A stretch of 11,272 nt of DNA, from positions 1 through 11,272 of the forward strand of contig JBMSQQ010000104.1 of assembly GCA_049423385.1 (NCBI GenBank), written 5' to 3'. Origin of the DNA: Silvanigrellaceae bacterium (GTDB taxonomy: Bacteria > Bdellovibrionota_B > Oligoflexia > Silvanigrellales > Silvanigrellaceae). The number at the start of each line of letters is the position of its first letter. Within the stretch, counting starts at the first letter, position 1. A program made the position numbers and the translations under genes. The notes beneath the pieces are model-generated. The model saw nothing but the letters and a program-made list of their open reading frames with translations. It did no database searches and was not told where the DNA came from. This document shows positions 1-7,708 of the stretch, piece after piece.

Positions 1-1227
1 CTGGAGCTGTTCTCCAACATTCCGATTGTCGATTTCGCGCAGGAGCCGAAGTACAAGAAATGCACAGAAAATGAATACGAACCCGAGGAGCCCACAAAGA
101 ATTTTCCGACAACTCCAAAGCAAGGTTCATCAATTTTCACATACTCGTACGATTCTTCCGGACGAAAAATCAAAGAGGTCGAAGATTTCGGAACCTCCAA
201 CTATCGTTCGAAAATAGTCACCGAGTGGACCTACGACTCCAACAACCGGGTTCTGAAAACAGTCTCCGGATATGTTTTTGGGAGCGGAACAACGAGCGCA
301 CAAAATTGTGTTTATGCCTATGATGGCGACTCGCATCGGCTAACAAAAAAGGATTGTTTTGACGGTGCTCTGACACAAGAAGAAGACCAAACTACAAGTC
401 TTGAAATAACCTACGATCTTCCGCAAAGGAAAAGGACAATCATTGAAAAGAAAAGAATCACAAGCTCACAAGGCTCGATTCTTAGGCAAATAAAAAAGTC
501 TGTCGAAGAACATTCAGATACGGATTATTCCTTCATTATCAACGCAACTCATGAAGATTTCGATTTCGACACCACCACAAACACAAGCAAGCTGAAATCT
601 GTTTCAACAACAGAAAGTCAATTCAAAGAAGGTAAGTTCGCTTCCATCACGATGACCGACTATAGCGTTGCAGGCGATGTAAAAAAGAAGACTTCACTAA
701 ATTCATGCGAGTATTCAGCGGGTAAAATCAAGTGCAAGGGTACTGATTTCAACGACAAGGAGGAGGCGTACCAAAACTACGAGTTCGAACACACTCCGGT
801 CATGATCAAGTACCAGCCCTCCGACATACTTTGTGCATCGTCCGGATCAGGAACTTGCAATAGCAGATTACTGTCCAAAAACTTTTTTGACCCATTCTAT
901 TTAGTTACTTCATTTAACATTACTGGAATCGATGGAAAGCTGAATAGTCAAGGAAAACCACCAGACAGAAAAATCGAAGCAACCATAACGTACAACTCAC
1001 CCTATCGTCCCTGGATGCTCAAGTCAGGAAACAGCACGAAGGCTTACGGCATCACGGCTGATGGCAAGTACAAAGAGTTCCAGGAGCAAACCACGACTTC
1101 AAACAACGGCGACACAATCACAAAAATCAAGCAAGAGAGAGAAAACAACGGAACTGCAACAACCCGCGACGCACTAGGTGAATTCGAAAACAAGTCGAAA
1201 GTAGAAACCATTTGCGAGCGCAATTGA
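1..1227 (+). CDS. YD-repeat/RHS-like beta-rich protein, 5' end outside the window
   Basis: Frame +1 is open from base 1 (CTG GAG CTG TTC...) to TGA at 1225-1227, so the listed ORF 652..1227 is only its tail. YD-type repeats: FTYSYDSSGRKIKE, WTYDSNNRVLK, YAYDGDSHRLTKK, ITYDLP, ITYNSP. Confidence 0.8.
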   Translation: MELFSNIPIVDFAQEPKYKKCTENEYEPEEPTKNFPTTPKQGSSIFTYSYDSSGRKIKEVEDFGTSNYRSKIVTEWTYDSNNRVLKTVSGYVFGSGTTSAQNCVYAYDGDSHRLTKKDCFDGALTQEEDQTTSLEITYDLPQRKRTIIEKKRITSSQGSILRQIKKSVEEHSDTDYSFIINATHEDFDFDTTTNTSKLKSVSTTESQFKEGKFASITMTDYSVAGDVKKKTSLNSCEYSAGKIKCKGTDFNDKEEAYQNYEFEHTPVMIKYQPSDILCASSGSGTCNSRLLSKNFFDPFYLVTSFNITGIDGKLNSQGKPPDRKIEATITYNSPYRPWMLKSGNSTKAYGITADGKYKEFQEQTTTSNNGDTITKIKQERENNGTATTRDALGEFENKSKVETICERN

Positions 1228-1238
1228 AGGGACGAACC

Positions 1239-1910
1239 ATGAAAAGAATTGCAACAATCGCTCTAATGGCATCATCATCGCTTGCTTTTGCCAACCCCAA
1301 CACAACAACGGCCAGCACCACCGAGCCTCTGAAGAAGGCTACAGAGGGAAGCATCTCCGTTACTCCTCTGGCGGGCATTTCCTATGAACGAATTGCAACC
1401 AGCGCAAAAGATTCGGAACCACTGGCTGGGCTTGGTCTCTCTGCCAAGGCCAAAGTGTCGGCCGGAGAATATTTTGGATTCGTTCCCTTTGTGCAGGCAG
1501 GCTTGTCGTGGGCAAGCGTTGGCAATCAGGTCACCTACAAGCCACTGCCCGGTGTGACGCAAGACATCACCTCGGATCTCAGCGCGGCAGCACTGGCTGC
1601 CGACCTTGGAGCACAACTCAAGGTCGACGAAGCAGTCACAATTGACCTTTCACTGGGGTATTCGGCAAGTGTTTATGGCAAATTCAAGCTTGTCGATAAA
1701 ACCTCGACCAGCTAAAAAACAACCACCCAGACCCTTGAAAAATTCAGCAACCTGAATGTGTCAGCTCGTGGTCTTGGACAAATCAGCCCAGGTTTCGACT
1801 TGGGAGTTGAGGCAACCTACAAAGCGGCGGGCGTCTTCAAGGCCAAAGACGCTACCGAGAACAAGTTTTCAGGTTACGCATTGGGTCTCGTGAGCTTGTA
1901 CAGCTTCTGA
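1239..1910 (+). pseudogene. Outer-membrane beta-barrel protein with one in-frame premature stop (TAA 1713-1715)
   Basis: ATG 1239 follows GAAGGGA. Signal peptide MKRIATIALMASSSLAFA, then amphipathic strands (VPFVQAGLSW, IDLSLGYS). The same frame continues past the TAA as KTTTQTLEKFSNLNVSARG...FDLGVEATY...SGYALGLVSLYSF to TGA 1908-1910. The terminal Y-x-F is a typical BamA beta-signal. Confidence 0.8.
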
Positions 1911-1940
1911 GTTCCAGCCATCCCACCCCACTTGCGAACC

Positions 1941-1973
1941 GTCCGGGCAACATCGCTTGCCCGGACTTTTTTT
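1941..1973 (+). terminator. Rho-independent terminator
   Basis: Perfect 10-bp stem GTCCGGGCAA-catcgc-TTGCCCGGAC followed by T7, 30 nt after the full-length barrel stop codon. Confidence 0.92.
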
Positions 1974-2121
1974 CAGCCAACCCAATGCTGTTTTGACCGG
2001 ATTTCAGCCAAGCTCACCCGCACCCTTGACTCGGCCACACACCCGACGGCAATGTTCAAAAACCTATTTATTACTGGCATTTAGCTGCCTTTCTCACCCT
2101 TCCCCAGGCTCGATTTCGAGC

Positions 2122-2137
2122 TTGGCATGAGCCTTGC
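2122..2137 (+). promoter_or_regulatory. Putative sigma-54 (-24/-12) promoter
   Basis: TTGGCATGAGCCTTGC has exact GG-N10-GC spacing with TGGCA and TTGC boxes, 60 nt upstream of ATG 2197 and downstream of a terminator. Confidence 0.65.
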
Positions 2138-2196
2138 GAAGAGGAGATCGCTGCCGGAATTCATCCGCAGCCAAACCGACTCAAAAGGACCACGTC

Positions 2197-2463
2197 ATGC
2201 AATTCAAATTTTACTCGCCCCTCTTCATCGCAGCATCCACGGCAACACTTCTTCCCAACTTTGCCCTTGCCGAAAGCATCTCATCCCGAAACACAGCCAC
2301 CGAAAGTCTCTCTGAACTTGGAACCATTGCAACAGCCCGCGGTGACTCCAACGACGACAATCAAAAGTCGACAAATCAAGCCGTCCGCAAACTCGTCAAA
2401 CAAATGCTCCTCCGCAGAACGACCATGGACATCTGCGACAAGGGAACTGGCAAATGCAAATGA
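2197..2463 (+). CDS. Small secreted peptide (88 aa), candidate RiPP-like precursor with C-terminal C-x6-C
   Basis: AAAGGA RBS before ATG 2197. Sec-type signal MQFKFYSPLFIAASTATLLPNFALA ends in A-x-A. A polar linker is followed by the basic helix AVRKLVKQMLLRR and the tail TTMDICDKGTGKCK. The stop overlaps the next start (ATGA 2460-2463). Confidence 0.7.
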   Translation: MQFKFYSPLFIAASTATLLPNFALAESISSRNTATESLSELGTIATARGDSNDDNQKSTNQAVRKLVKQMLLRRTTMDICDKGTGKCK

Positions 2464-3056
2464 ATGTTTCCAACTTCAAAGGTGCCGCTCCTTTCCCAAC
2501 GACTGCAAACTTGGCCAGAAAAACGGGTGTGAATTTCAATTCGCAAACTCATATCACTCCGCTGGACAACGTTCTGAATTACAAGAACGAAGGTGTGTTG
2601 TTGCGATTCATGGACGAATTTGGAATCGGCAAGAATGACGCAACACGGATATTTGAGGATATGCTCCGTTGGCTCTGGCTCAATGCATTGCACACAGTCG
2701 AATTGAAAAATGGAACAAAGGGCATCCCTGGCAGGTTGGGAATCAGAGCTGAACAGCTGGTGATCGACGAAATGTGGCACATTTTCATGATCTATACCGA
2801 GGATTACAGGAACTTCTGTGAGAAGCACTTTGGTTTTTTCATTCATCACGCTCCCAATGATGCGCCAAAAGAATCTCTTTCAGCCGAGAATCTGGAATCC
2901 TATCTGATACAATATCTGACTTACGTTCATCATCATCTCGGCCATGCAACGATGTGCCGGTGGTTCGAGGAATATGGCGAAAAGTATTCATCAGAAATTC
3001 TATATCGTCAGCGGATTTTGGTCCTGCAGAACAAAATCAGACAACTTGTCGAGTGA
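2460..3056 (+). CDS. GRDP-like (glycine-rich-domain / DUF1399-like) protein, possible metalloenzyme
   Basis: IDEMWHIFMIYTEDYRNFCEKHFGFFIHHAP matches the D-x-x-W-H...T-x-x-Y-x-x-F-C...G-x-F-I-H-H-x-P signature of GRDP-like proteins. An extra HHH lies near the C-terminus. Start is ATG 2460 (ATGA overlap) or 2454. Confidence 0.75.
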   Translation: MNVSNFKGAAPFPTTANLARKTGVNFNSQTHITPLDNVLNYKNEGVLLRFMDEFGIGKNDATRIFEDMLRWLWLNALHTVELKNGTKGIPGRLGIRAEQLVIDEMWHIFMIYTEDYRNFCEKHFGFFIHHAPNDAPKESLSAENLESYLIQYLTYVHHHLGHATMCRWFEEYGEKYSSEILYRQRILVLQNKIRQLVE

Positions 3057-3071
3057 AAGAAAGAGGAATGC

Positions 3072-3677
3072 ATGTTGAATTCATCCGCCAAAGAAAATTC
3101 TCTGACCTCTTCCCTCGAATTGAAATTCGTCGATGAGTCCGAATTCGACCAAGCAACTTCGCAGCTTAAAAAACAGGTCTTCCGAGAATGCCTCGCAGTT
3201 GCCAATCACCTGCTTTATTCAGAACAGGAACTGCACCAGTCAGAGGCCAACACAGCCCGCTTTGCCAAACTCGAAGCCATTTATTGCCTGCTGATGCTCA
3301 ATGGAAAGTGCATCGGTTGGCATTACGGACATCAGGATGGCCCAACGAGCTACTACATGTGCAACTCGGCAGTGCTTCCCGAGTACCGTCGCCAAGGCTG
3401 CTATTCGTGGCTCGCACAAAAGGTCATGGAAGAAGTCACCCGGCGCGGCTACCTCCGCATCAAAAGCCGCCACTATCCTACAAACAATCCGGTGATCATC
3501 GCCAAGCTCAAACTTGGGTTCGTCGTGACGGGCCTGCAGTTGTCAGCAAATTTTGGAACACTTTTGGAACTCGAATGGCATGTGAACCAGGGCATGACAG
3601 ACTTGATGAAATTTCGTTGCGGCGAAACGCTTCCTTCAGAATCAGCCCTGAAGTCTCTGGGGCTGACCCGCAGCTGA
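3072..3677 (+). CDS. GNAT-family N-acetyltransferase
   Basis: Acetyl-CoA-binding motif A SAVLPEYRRQG and motif B-like TNNPVIIAKLKLGFVVTG. RBS AAGAGGA; starts 15 nt after the previous stop. Confidence 0.88.
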   Translation: MLNSSAKENSLTSSLELKFVDESEFDQATSQLKKQVFRECLAVANHLLYSEQELHQSEANTARFAKLEAIYCLLMLNGKCIGWHYGHQDGPTSYYMCNSAVLPEYRRQGCYSWLAQKVMEEVTRRGYLRIKSRHYPTNNPVIIAKLKLGFVVTGLQLSANFGTLLELEWHVNQGMTDLMKFRCGETLPSESALKSLGLTRS

Positions 3678-3705
3678 AACTGCTCTGTCCGGAATAAGAA
3701 GCAGC

Positions 3706-4848
3706 TCAGATATCTGCAAGTCGCGACCAGGGAAGCGCCTGTATGCGACCAAATTTCTTGGCATGACGATCCCGAGAAAGCAGGAACAATTCGGCATCAG
3801 GGAAATCTCTTTGAAAATTATCGAGGCCCGAAAGATGATCCTCGCGCACACTCTCTGTTGACTTAATTTCAACAAGCGCAAGTGGTCGACCAGGCCTTTC
3901 AACGACCAAGTCAATTTCAACTCCCGATGCACTTTGCAGATATGAAAATCTGTAATCGCGCATTTCGTAACTGTTCAAGCGAACGAACTCGTTGATCACG
4001 AGCTGCTCAAACAAATCGCCGAAGTAATTCGTCCCAGTCTTTGGTTCAACCGTCAGCATACGGGCCAAGGCACGGGTCACACCATTGTCAAAGAAGTAAA
4101 ACTTTGGAGCCTGGCGTAAGCGCTTTCGAACAGACGAATGATAGGCATCAATATGAAACCCCAACAGTGTGTCTTCGAGAATTGAATAGTAAGATTGGAC
4201 AGTCTTTGGGTCGACACCAACGTCGCGAGCGACGTTCGCCGTATTCACAATTTTACCGGCATTCACGGCGGACACTTCCAGAAACTTTCTGAAGGGGGGC
4301 AAATTTCGGATGATCTGCTCACCCCAAACCTCTTCCTTCAGATACAGATGCGCATACGATTCGAGATAATCTCTCTTCATTTCATCAGAGTTGCAGGAAA
4401 AGATCTTTGGCAGCGTCCCCCACCTGAGCGCTTCAAGGAGGTCAAAACGGTTTTCGAGTTCAAGCGAAGTCAGCGGAAAAAGATTTCGAAGAAAGGCTCG
4501 ACCCGCAAGAAGATTGGCTCCGCCTGCTTTGAGCTTTCGAGCACTCGATCCTGTTAGAATAAAGATTTTCTCGTTTCCCGGAGTCTCAATCAGACGATGC
4601 ACTTCATCCAAGAGCTTCGGTATTTTTTGAATCTCATCAATCACAACTTGGTTCGACTTTGCGGAAGCCAACATTGCAGCAAGGTGATGAGGATTCAGCA
4701 TCAAGGTTGATTCAATTTCATGGTCCAAAAGGTCAATTGAGTATGCATCGGGAAACCTGGCGCGAAGCAGCGTGGTCTTTCCGGTCCCACGAGCGCCAAA
4801 TAGAAAAAAACAATGCTCTTCCGGTAGCTTAACTGAACGTTGGAACAT
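3706..4848 (-). CDS. AAA+ ATPase (AAA_14 + DUF4143) with C-terminal PD-(D/E)xK-like domain
   Basis: Walker A GARGTGKTT, Walker B VVIDEIQK, ILTGSS, LAGR, PKFYFFDNG, GDLFEQ, and EIDLVVE...LVEIKS. Confidence 0.93.
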   Translation of the reverse strand: MFQRSVKLPEEHCFFLFGARGTGKTTLLRARFPDAYSIDLLDHEIESTLMLNPHHLAAMLASAKSNQVVIDEIQKIPKLLDEVHRLIETPGNEKIFILTGSSARKLKAGGANLLAGRAFLRNLFPLTSLELENRFDLLEALRWGTLPKIFSCNSDEMKRDYLESYAHLYLKEEVWGEQIIRNLPPFRKFLEVSAVNAGKIVNTANVARDVGVDPKTVQSYYSILEDTLLGFHIDAYHSSVRKRLRQAPKFYFFDNGVTRALARMLTVEPKTGTNYFGDLFEQLVINEFVRLNSYEMRDYRFSYLQSASGVEIDLVVERPGRPLALVEIKSTESVREDHLSGLDNFQRDFPDAELFLLSRDRHAKKFGRIQALPWSRLADI

Positions 4849-4874
4849 ACTCCTGATTTACCTCGCATTTCGGG

Positions 4875-4903
4875 AGTATGGTCTTTTTACCGTAAAAAGT
4901 CAA
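4875..4903 (-). promoter_or_regulatory. Putative sigma-70 promoter of the AAA ATPase gene with a palindromic operator in the spacer
   Basis: Minus strand reads TTGACT-17 nt-CATACT. The inverted repeat CTTTTTAC-c-GTAAAAAG (4883-4899) covers the spacer. Confidence 0.55.
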
Positions 4904-5043
4904 TAATGACTTGTTTTTGATGATTTCCACCAATCCAATCGTTCGCCAGCCACCCGAAACATTTACCAATGCTGAGTCAGTCCGACTTCCGAAACTGATC
5001 AACAGACAAAACGCAGAGTGTTCATTTCGTAAAAGATAGACAC

Positions 5044-5067
5044 GAAAGAGACGCCCTCCTTGGCGTC
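5044..5067 (-). terminator. Possible weak intrinsic terminator of the lipoprotein gene
   Basis: Minus strand reads GACGCC-aaggag-GGCGTC followed by TCTTTC, 17 nt after the stop at 5085. Confidence 0.35.
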
Positions 5068-5084
5068 GGTATGGGATCAGCGCA

Positions 5085-5828
5085 TTACTTCACGCGCAAC
5101 AGTGGAAGATTCGAGATGACGTTACTGCGAAGTTCCGGGGTCGACTTGCCGGCAGGGTCAAATGAATTCAAGTCACCAATGTAAAGACCCAGTCTGATTT
5201 CGTCCTGATTCACTGAAACAATGTCGAAGATGCGATGGGTCAAGCCTGAAAGTTCGCAGCCGTTTCTCTGGATTTGAACAACATTGCCCGTGGTTTCAAC
5301 TTTCAACGCCGGACACTCAGCCAACCATTTTTCAAGTTCAATCCTGTCCTCGATGACTGTTGGTGAGGTCAGGTCGAAAGTCCATTTCTCAATCGTAAAG
5401 TCGATGTTTCGGATGCCCTTGATAGCCGCGGGCTTGAGCGCGAAATTTCCACTTTCAAAAGTCAGCTCCCGGGGATTCAACGCAACATCTCCAAGTTGAT
5501 ACGTACCGCTGGTTACAAAACGCTCTGCTTTTTCTTTGCAGTCATTCTTGTAGCCAATCACTTCATGAGCAAACCGACCATTCTTCAATGTCAGTCTTTC
5601 TTCGGTTGGGCTTTTGTTTGGATCACAGGCACGAAGCCAAGTTCCATCAACAGCTGGAGTGCTTTCGTTCTTGCCAATTGCATCGTTGGATGCGGCGCTG
5701 TTGTTTGCATCTGAAGAGCGAACCGAAGACACGCTCCCACAGGCCTGCAGAAGAGAAAGCCCGAGAACAGACACCACAGAGACGAGACGTGTGCTATTGC
5801 CAGGGCGGAAGGTCTTGTTGTCTTGCAT
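5085..5828 (-). CDS. Hypothetical lipoprotein (beta-rich)
   Basis: AGGAG RBS. Hydrophobic LVSVVSVLGLSLL is followed by the lipobox LQAC, a Ser/Asn-rich tether, and GTWLRAC and SGTYQL motifs reminiscent of lipocalin-like barrels. Confidence 0.8.
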   Translation of the reverse strand: MQDNKTFRPGNSTRLVSVVSVLGLSLLQACGSVSSVRSSDANNSAASNDAIGKNESTPAVDGTWLRACDPNKSPTEERLTLKNGRFAHEVIGYKNDCKEKAERFVTSGTYQLGDVALNPRELTFESGNFALKPAAIKGIRNIDFTIEKWTFDLTSPTVIEDRIELEKWLAECPALKVETTGNVVQIQRNGCELSGLTHRIFDIVSVNQDEIRLGLYIGDLNSFDPAGKSTPELRSNVISNLPLLRVK

Positions 5829-5899
5829 GAGAGACTCCTGTTCGTTTCATCCAAAAGGCTTCGTGTCGGCCACCACAGCAGACCCGCTGGAAGCCTCTA

Positions 5900-5916
5900 T
5901 GCAATTGGTATTCCAA
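5900..5916 (-). promoter_or_regulatory. Possible sigma-54 promoter of the lipoprotein gene
   Basis: Minus strand TTGGAATACCAATTGCA has GG-N10-GC spacing, a perfect TTGCA and a degenerate -24 box. An AT-rich tract lies upstream. Confidence 0.4.
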
Positions 5917-6249
5917 ATATTAAGTCAAATATTTTTAGTCATTTAAAAAATGATAGCCACCACAGACATACAAAAAATGTAGGTACTGAAAATCAATTAA
6001 TGTCGGTTTTATTGACTGCTTGGGCGGCTACCGCAGCGCTTGATTGGCGATGAACGAACAAAGTCAAAGAAGACAAAATTGAAGAAGAGCTGCCAGCATT
6101 CCTCCGGGTTGATGTTTGACTGATTTCTGACCATCGCGTGGCCGAATTCAAGCCATGAGCAACGTGTGAAGGTATGACGTGAGATACCCCAAACCCCATG
6201 CTTTAGTTATCTCCACGATGAATATTGATCTTTTTGCATGCTGAGCTGG

Positions 6250-6266
6250 TTGGCACGGCAAATGCT
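6250..6266 (+). promoter_or_regulatory. Possible sigma-54 promoter upstream of the ThiF remnant/MFS
   Basis: TTGGCACGGCAAATGCT has a perfect TGGCACG box and GG-N10-GC spacing. It could instead be part of the remnant coding sequence. Confidence 0.45.
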
Positions 6267-6269
6267 TTG

Positions 6270-6443
6270 GGTCTGTTCATGGGCTCCTCAGGCTTTGCCG
6301 TGCGCGACGTGTTGAATTTTCTCACGGGAGTTGGAGAGGTTCATTCTCTCAATCAACGCTTGGGAGTCTTCACACACAATCTGGAAATTCAAAAACAAAA
6401 TTTTTCTCGGAGTATGTCATGCGAAGCCTGCTCAATTCAATAA
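6270..6443 (+). pseudogene. C-terminal remnant of a ThiF/MoeB/HesA (E1-like) adenylyltransferase
   Basis: GLFMGSSGFAVRDVLNFLTGVGEVHSLNQRLGVFTHNLEIQKQNFSRSMSCEACSIQ* resembles the ThiF C-terminus: A-x-x-D-V-x-x-F-L-x-G helix, beta hairpin, terminal CxxC. It overlaps the MFS start by 25 nt. No upstream GxGxxG domain is present. Confidence 0.55.
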
Positions 6444-7696
6444 ACAGCGTTGCCGCCATAGGACTTGTCTTCTCGAGCGCACGAATGCTCATTGGCGCAA
6501 CTTCCGCAGTCTATCTTCTGAGCAAGGGAATCAGCGCAGGGGATATCGGCATCATGAAATCATTTCAGGCTCTGCTTCTGATGATTCTGGACTTTCCGCT
6601 CGGGGTCCTTGCAGACCACAAGGGCCGACGCATCTGTCTTGTATTGGGAGGACTCGCTGGTTCAACTTGGCTGGCGCTCACTGCAGCAAGTTCATCATTT
6701 TGGATATTACTCCTTGCTGAAGGACTGAATGCACTTTCACTGGCATCTTTCAATGGCGCATTCGACGCCCTGCTCGCGGAGAAATACATCAAGGAACGTG
6801 GTCGGCCGTTTCTCAATCGTCTCTTGGGTGACTACCATGCCATTCTCTTCGGCATGATGGCTCTCTTTTCACTTGCGGGAGGAACATTTGTCAGTCCAGA
6901 GTCATCTGTGTTCTGGTGGATAGCATCAGGAATTCTTCTCGCAATCACAGCCATGATTCCATTCCTTGTAAGGGACGATTCCAATTTTCACAGAAGCCAA
7001 AATGCCGCAGCAGCTGGTACTGAAAAGCCAAACCTGGTGAAGTTAATCAAAGGTGAGTTTGTTCAGGTTCTGCGGCAAATTTTGAGCGTTCCAGAGGTCC
7101 GTAGAATAGCTCTCCCGTTCGTTGGCATCGGCGTGTTTTACCAACTTTTGATTCCCTACTGGCAGTTCTTCTTCATGAATTCAAATCAAGGCGAATTTAT
7201 GCTTGGAGGGTTCAAATTGTCATTCTTCGGACCGCTTTTCTTTGGAATTTTGGTGATTCAATCCGTTGCAAGCAAGACGATGAGCATCGGGTCCATCGCA
7301 AGTGCATCCCAGCGAAAGCTTCTTGTTCACGTTTTTATCGCGATTCTATTCCTCACTGTGGCTTCCCTTTTCGAAGCCGGACTTTGGTTGATTATTGTTG
7401 CAGTTCTGGGTGTTTTCGGCCTTCTGCGCCTATATACATTGAGTGCGTCATCGCGACTTCACAATTTGATTGAGGACTCGCGCCGTGCCTCGGTTCTCTC
7501 GGCGTTGTCGGTTCTCACTCGTGTTGTGCTTGTCGTTGTTCTTCCCCTCAGTGGATTTCTTATCCAAGCCATTGGAGTTTGGTGTCTTCCGCTTTTCGGA
7601 ATCGTCCTTTCGATTTGCTTTCTTGCCACAGAGATGCTGGGCGACAGGCACATCTTTAAGTTAAAAAGCGACCAAAACCAGGTTGAAATGGCTTGA
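6419..7696 (+). CDS. MFS transporter (efflux type)
   Basis: 425 aa with about 12 hydrophobic segments, MFS motif A GVLADHKGRR and RRASVLS in the C-terminal half. Confidence 0.93.
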   Translation: MRSLLNSINSVAAIGLVFSSARMLIGATSAVYLLSKGISAGDIGIMKSFQALLLMILDFPLGVLADHKGRRICLVLGGLAGSTWLALTAASSSFWILLLAEGLNALSLASFNGAFDALLAEKYIKERGRPFLNRLLGDYHAILFGMMALFSLAGGTFVSPESSVFWWIASGILLAITAMIPFLVRDDSNFHRSQNAAAAGTEKPNLVKLIKGEFVQVLRQILSVPEVRRIALPFVGIGVFYQLLIPYWQFFFMNSNQGEFMLGGFKLSFFGPLFFGILVIQSVASKTMSIGSIASASQRKLLVHVFIAILFLTVASLFEAGLWLIIVAVLGVFGLLRLYTLSASSRLHNLIEDSRRASVLSALSVLTRVVLVVVLPLSGFLIQAIGVWCLPLFGIVLSICFLATEMLGDRHIFKLKSDQNQVEMA

Positions 7697-7708
7697 TGCA
7701 AGACACCA

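Noticed and set aside
2075..2088. TGGCATTTAGCTGC as a second sigma-54 site
   Set aside because: The spacing is GG-N9-GC, and sigma-54 requires N10.
2134..2196. Longer 109-aa version of the peptide ORF
   Set aside because: The TTG lies inside the predicted -12 box. ATG 2197 has an RBS and puts the signal peptide at the N-terminus.
3188..3697. 169-aa alternate-frame ORF, and similar overlapping ORFs inside the AAA, MFS and ATPase genes
   Set aside because: They lack motifs and overlap well-supported genes.
3678..3705. Possible terminator between the convergent GNAT and AAA genes
   Set aside because: Only a weak CTGCT...AGCAG pairing with no U-tract.
6054..6119. Plus-strand stretch KVKEDKIEEELPAFLRVDV* resembling an FtsZ-like tail
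   Set aside because: It has no start codon and an in-frame stop immediately upstream, and is too short to distinguish from chance.
5993..6344. Chain of short minus-strand ORFs (18, 25 and 68 aa), two with RBS-like GGAG; an RHTFT integrase-like word in another frame
   Set aside because: No recognisable family or other integrase motifs, and part is antisense to the ThiF-like remnant. Cannot be supported.
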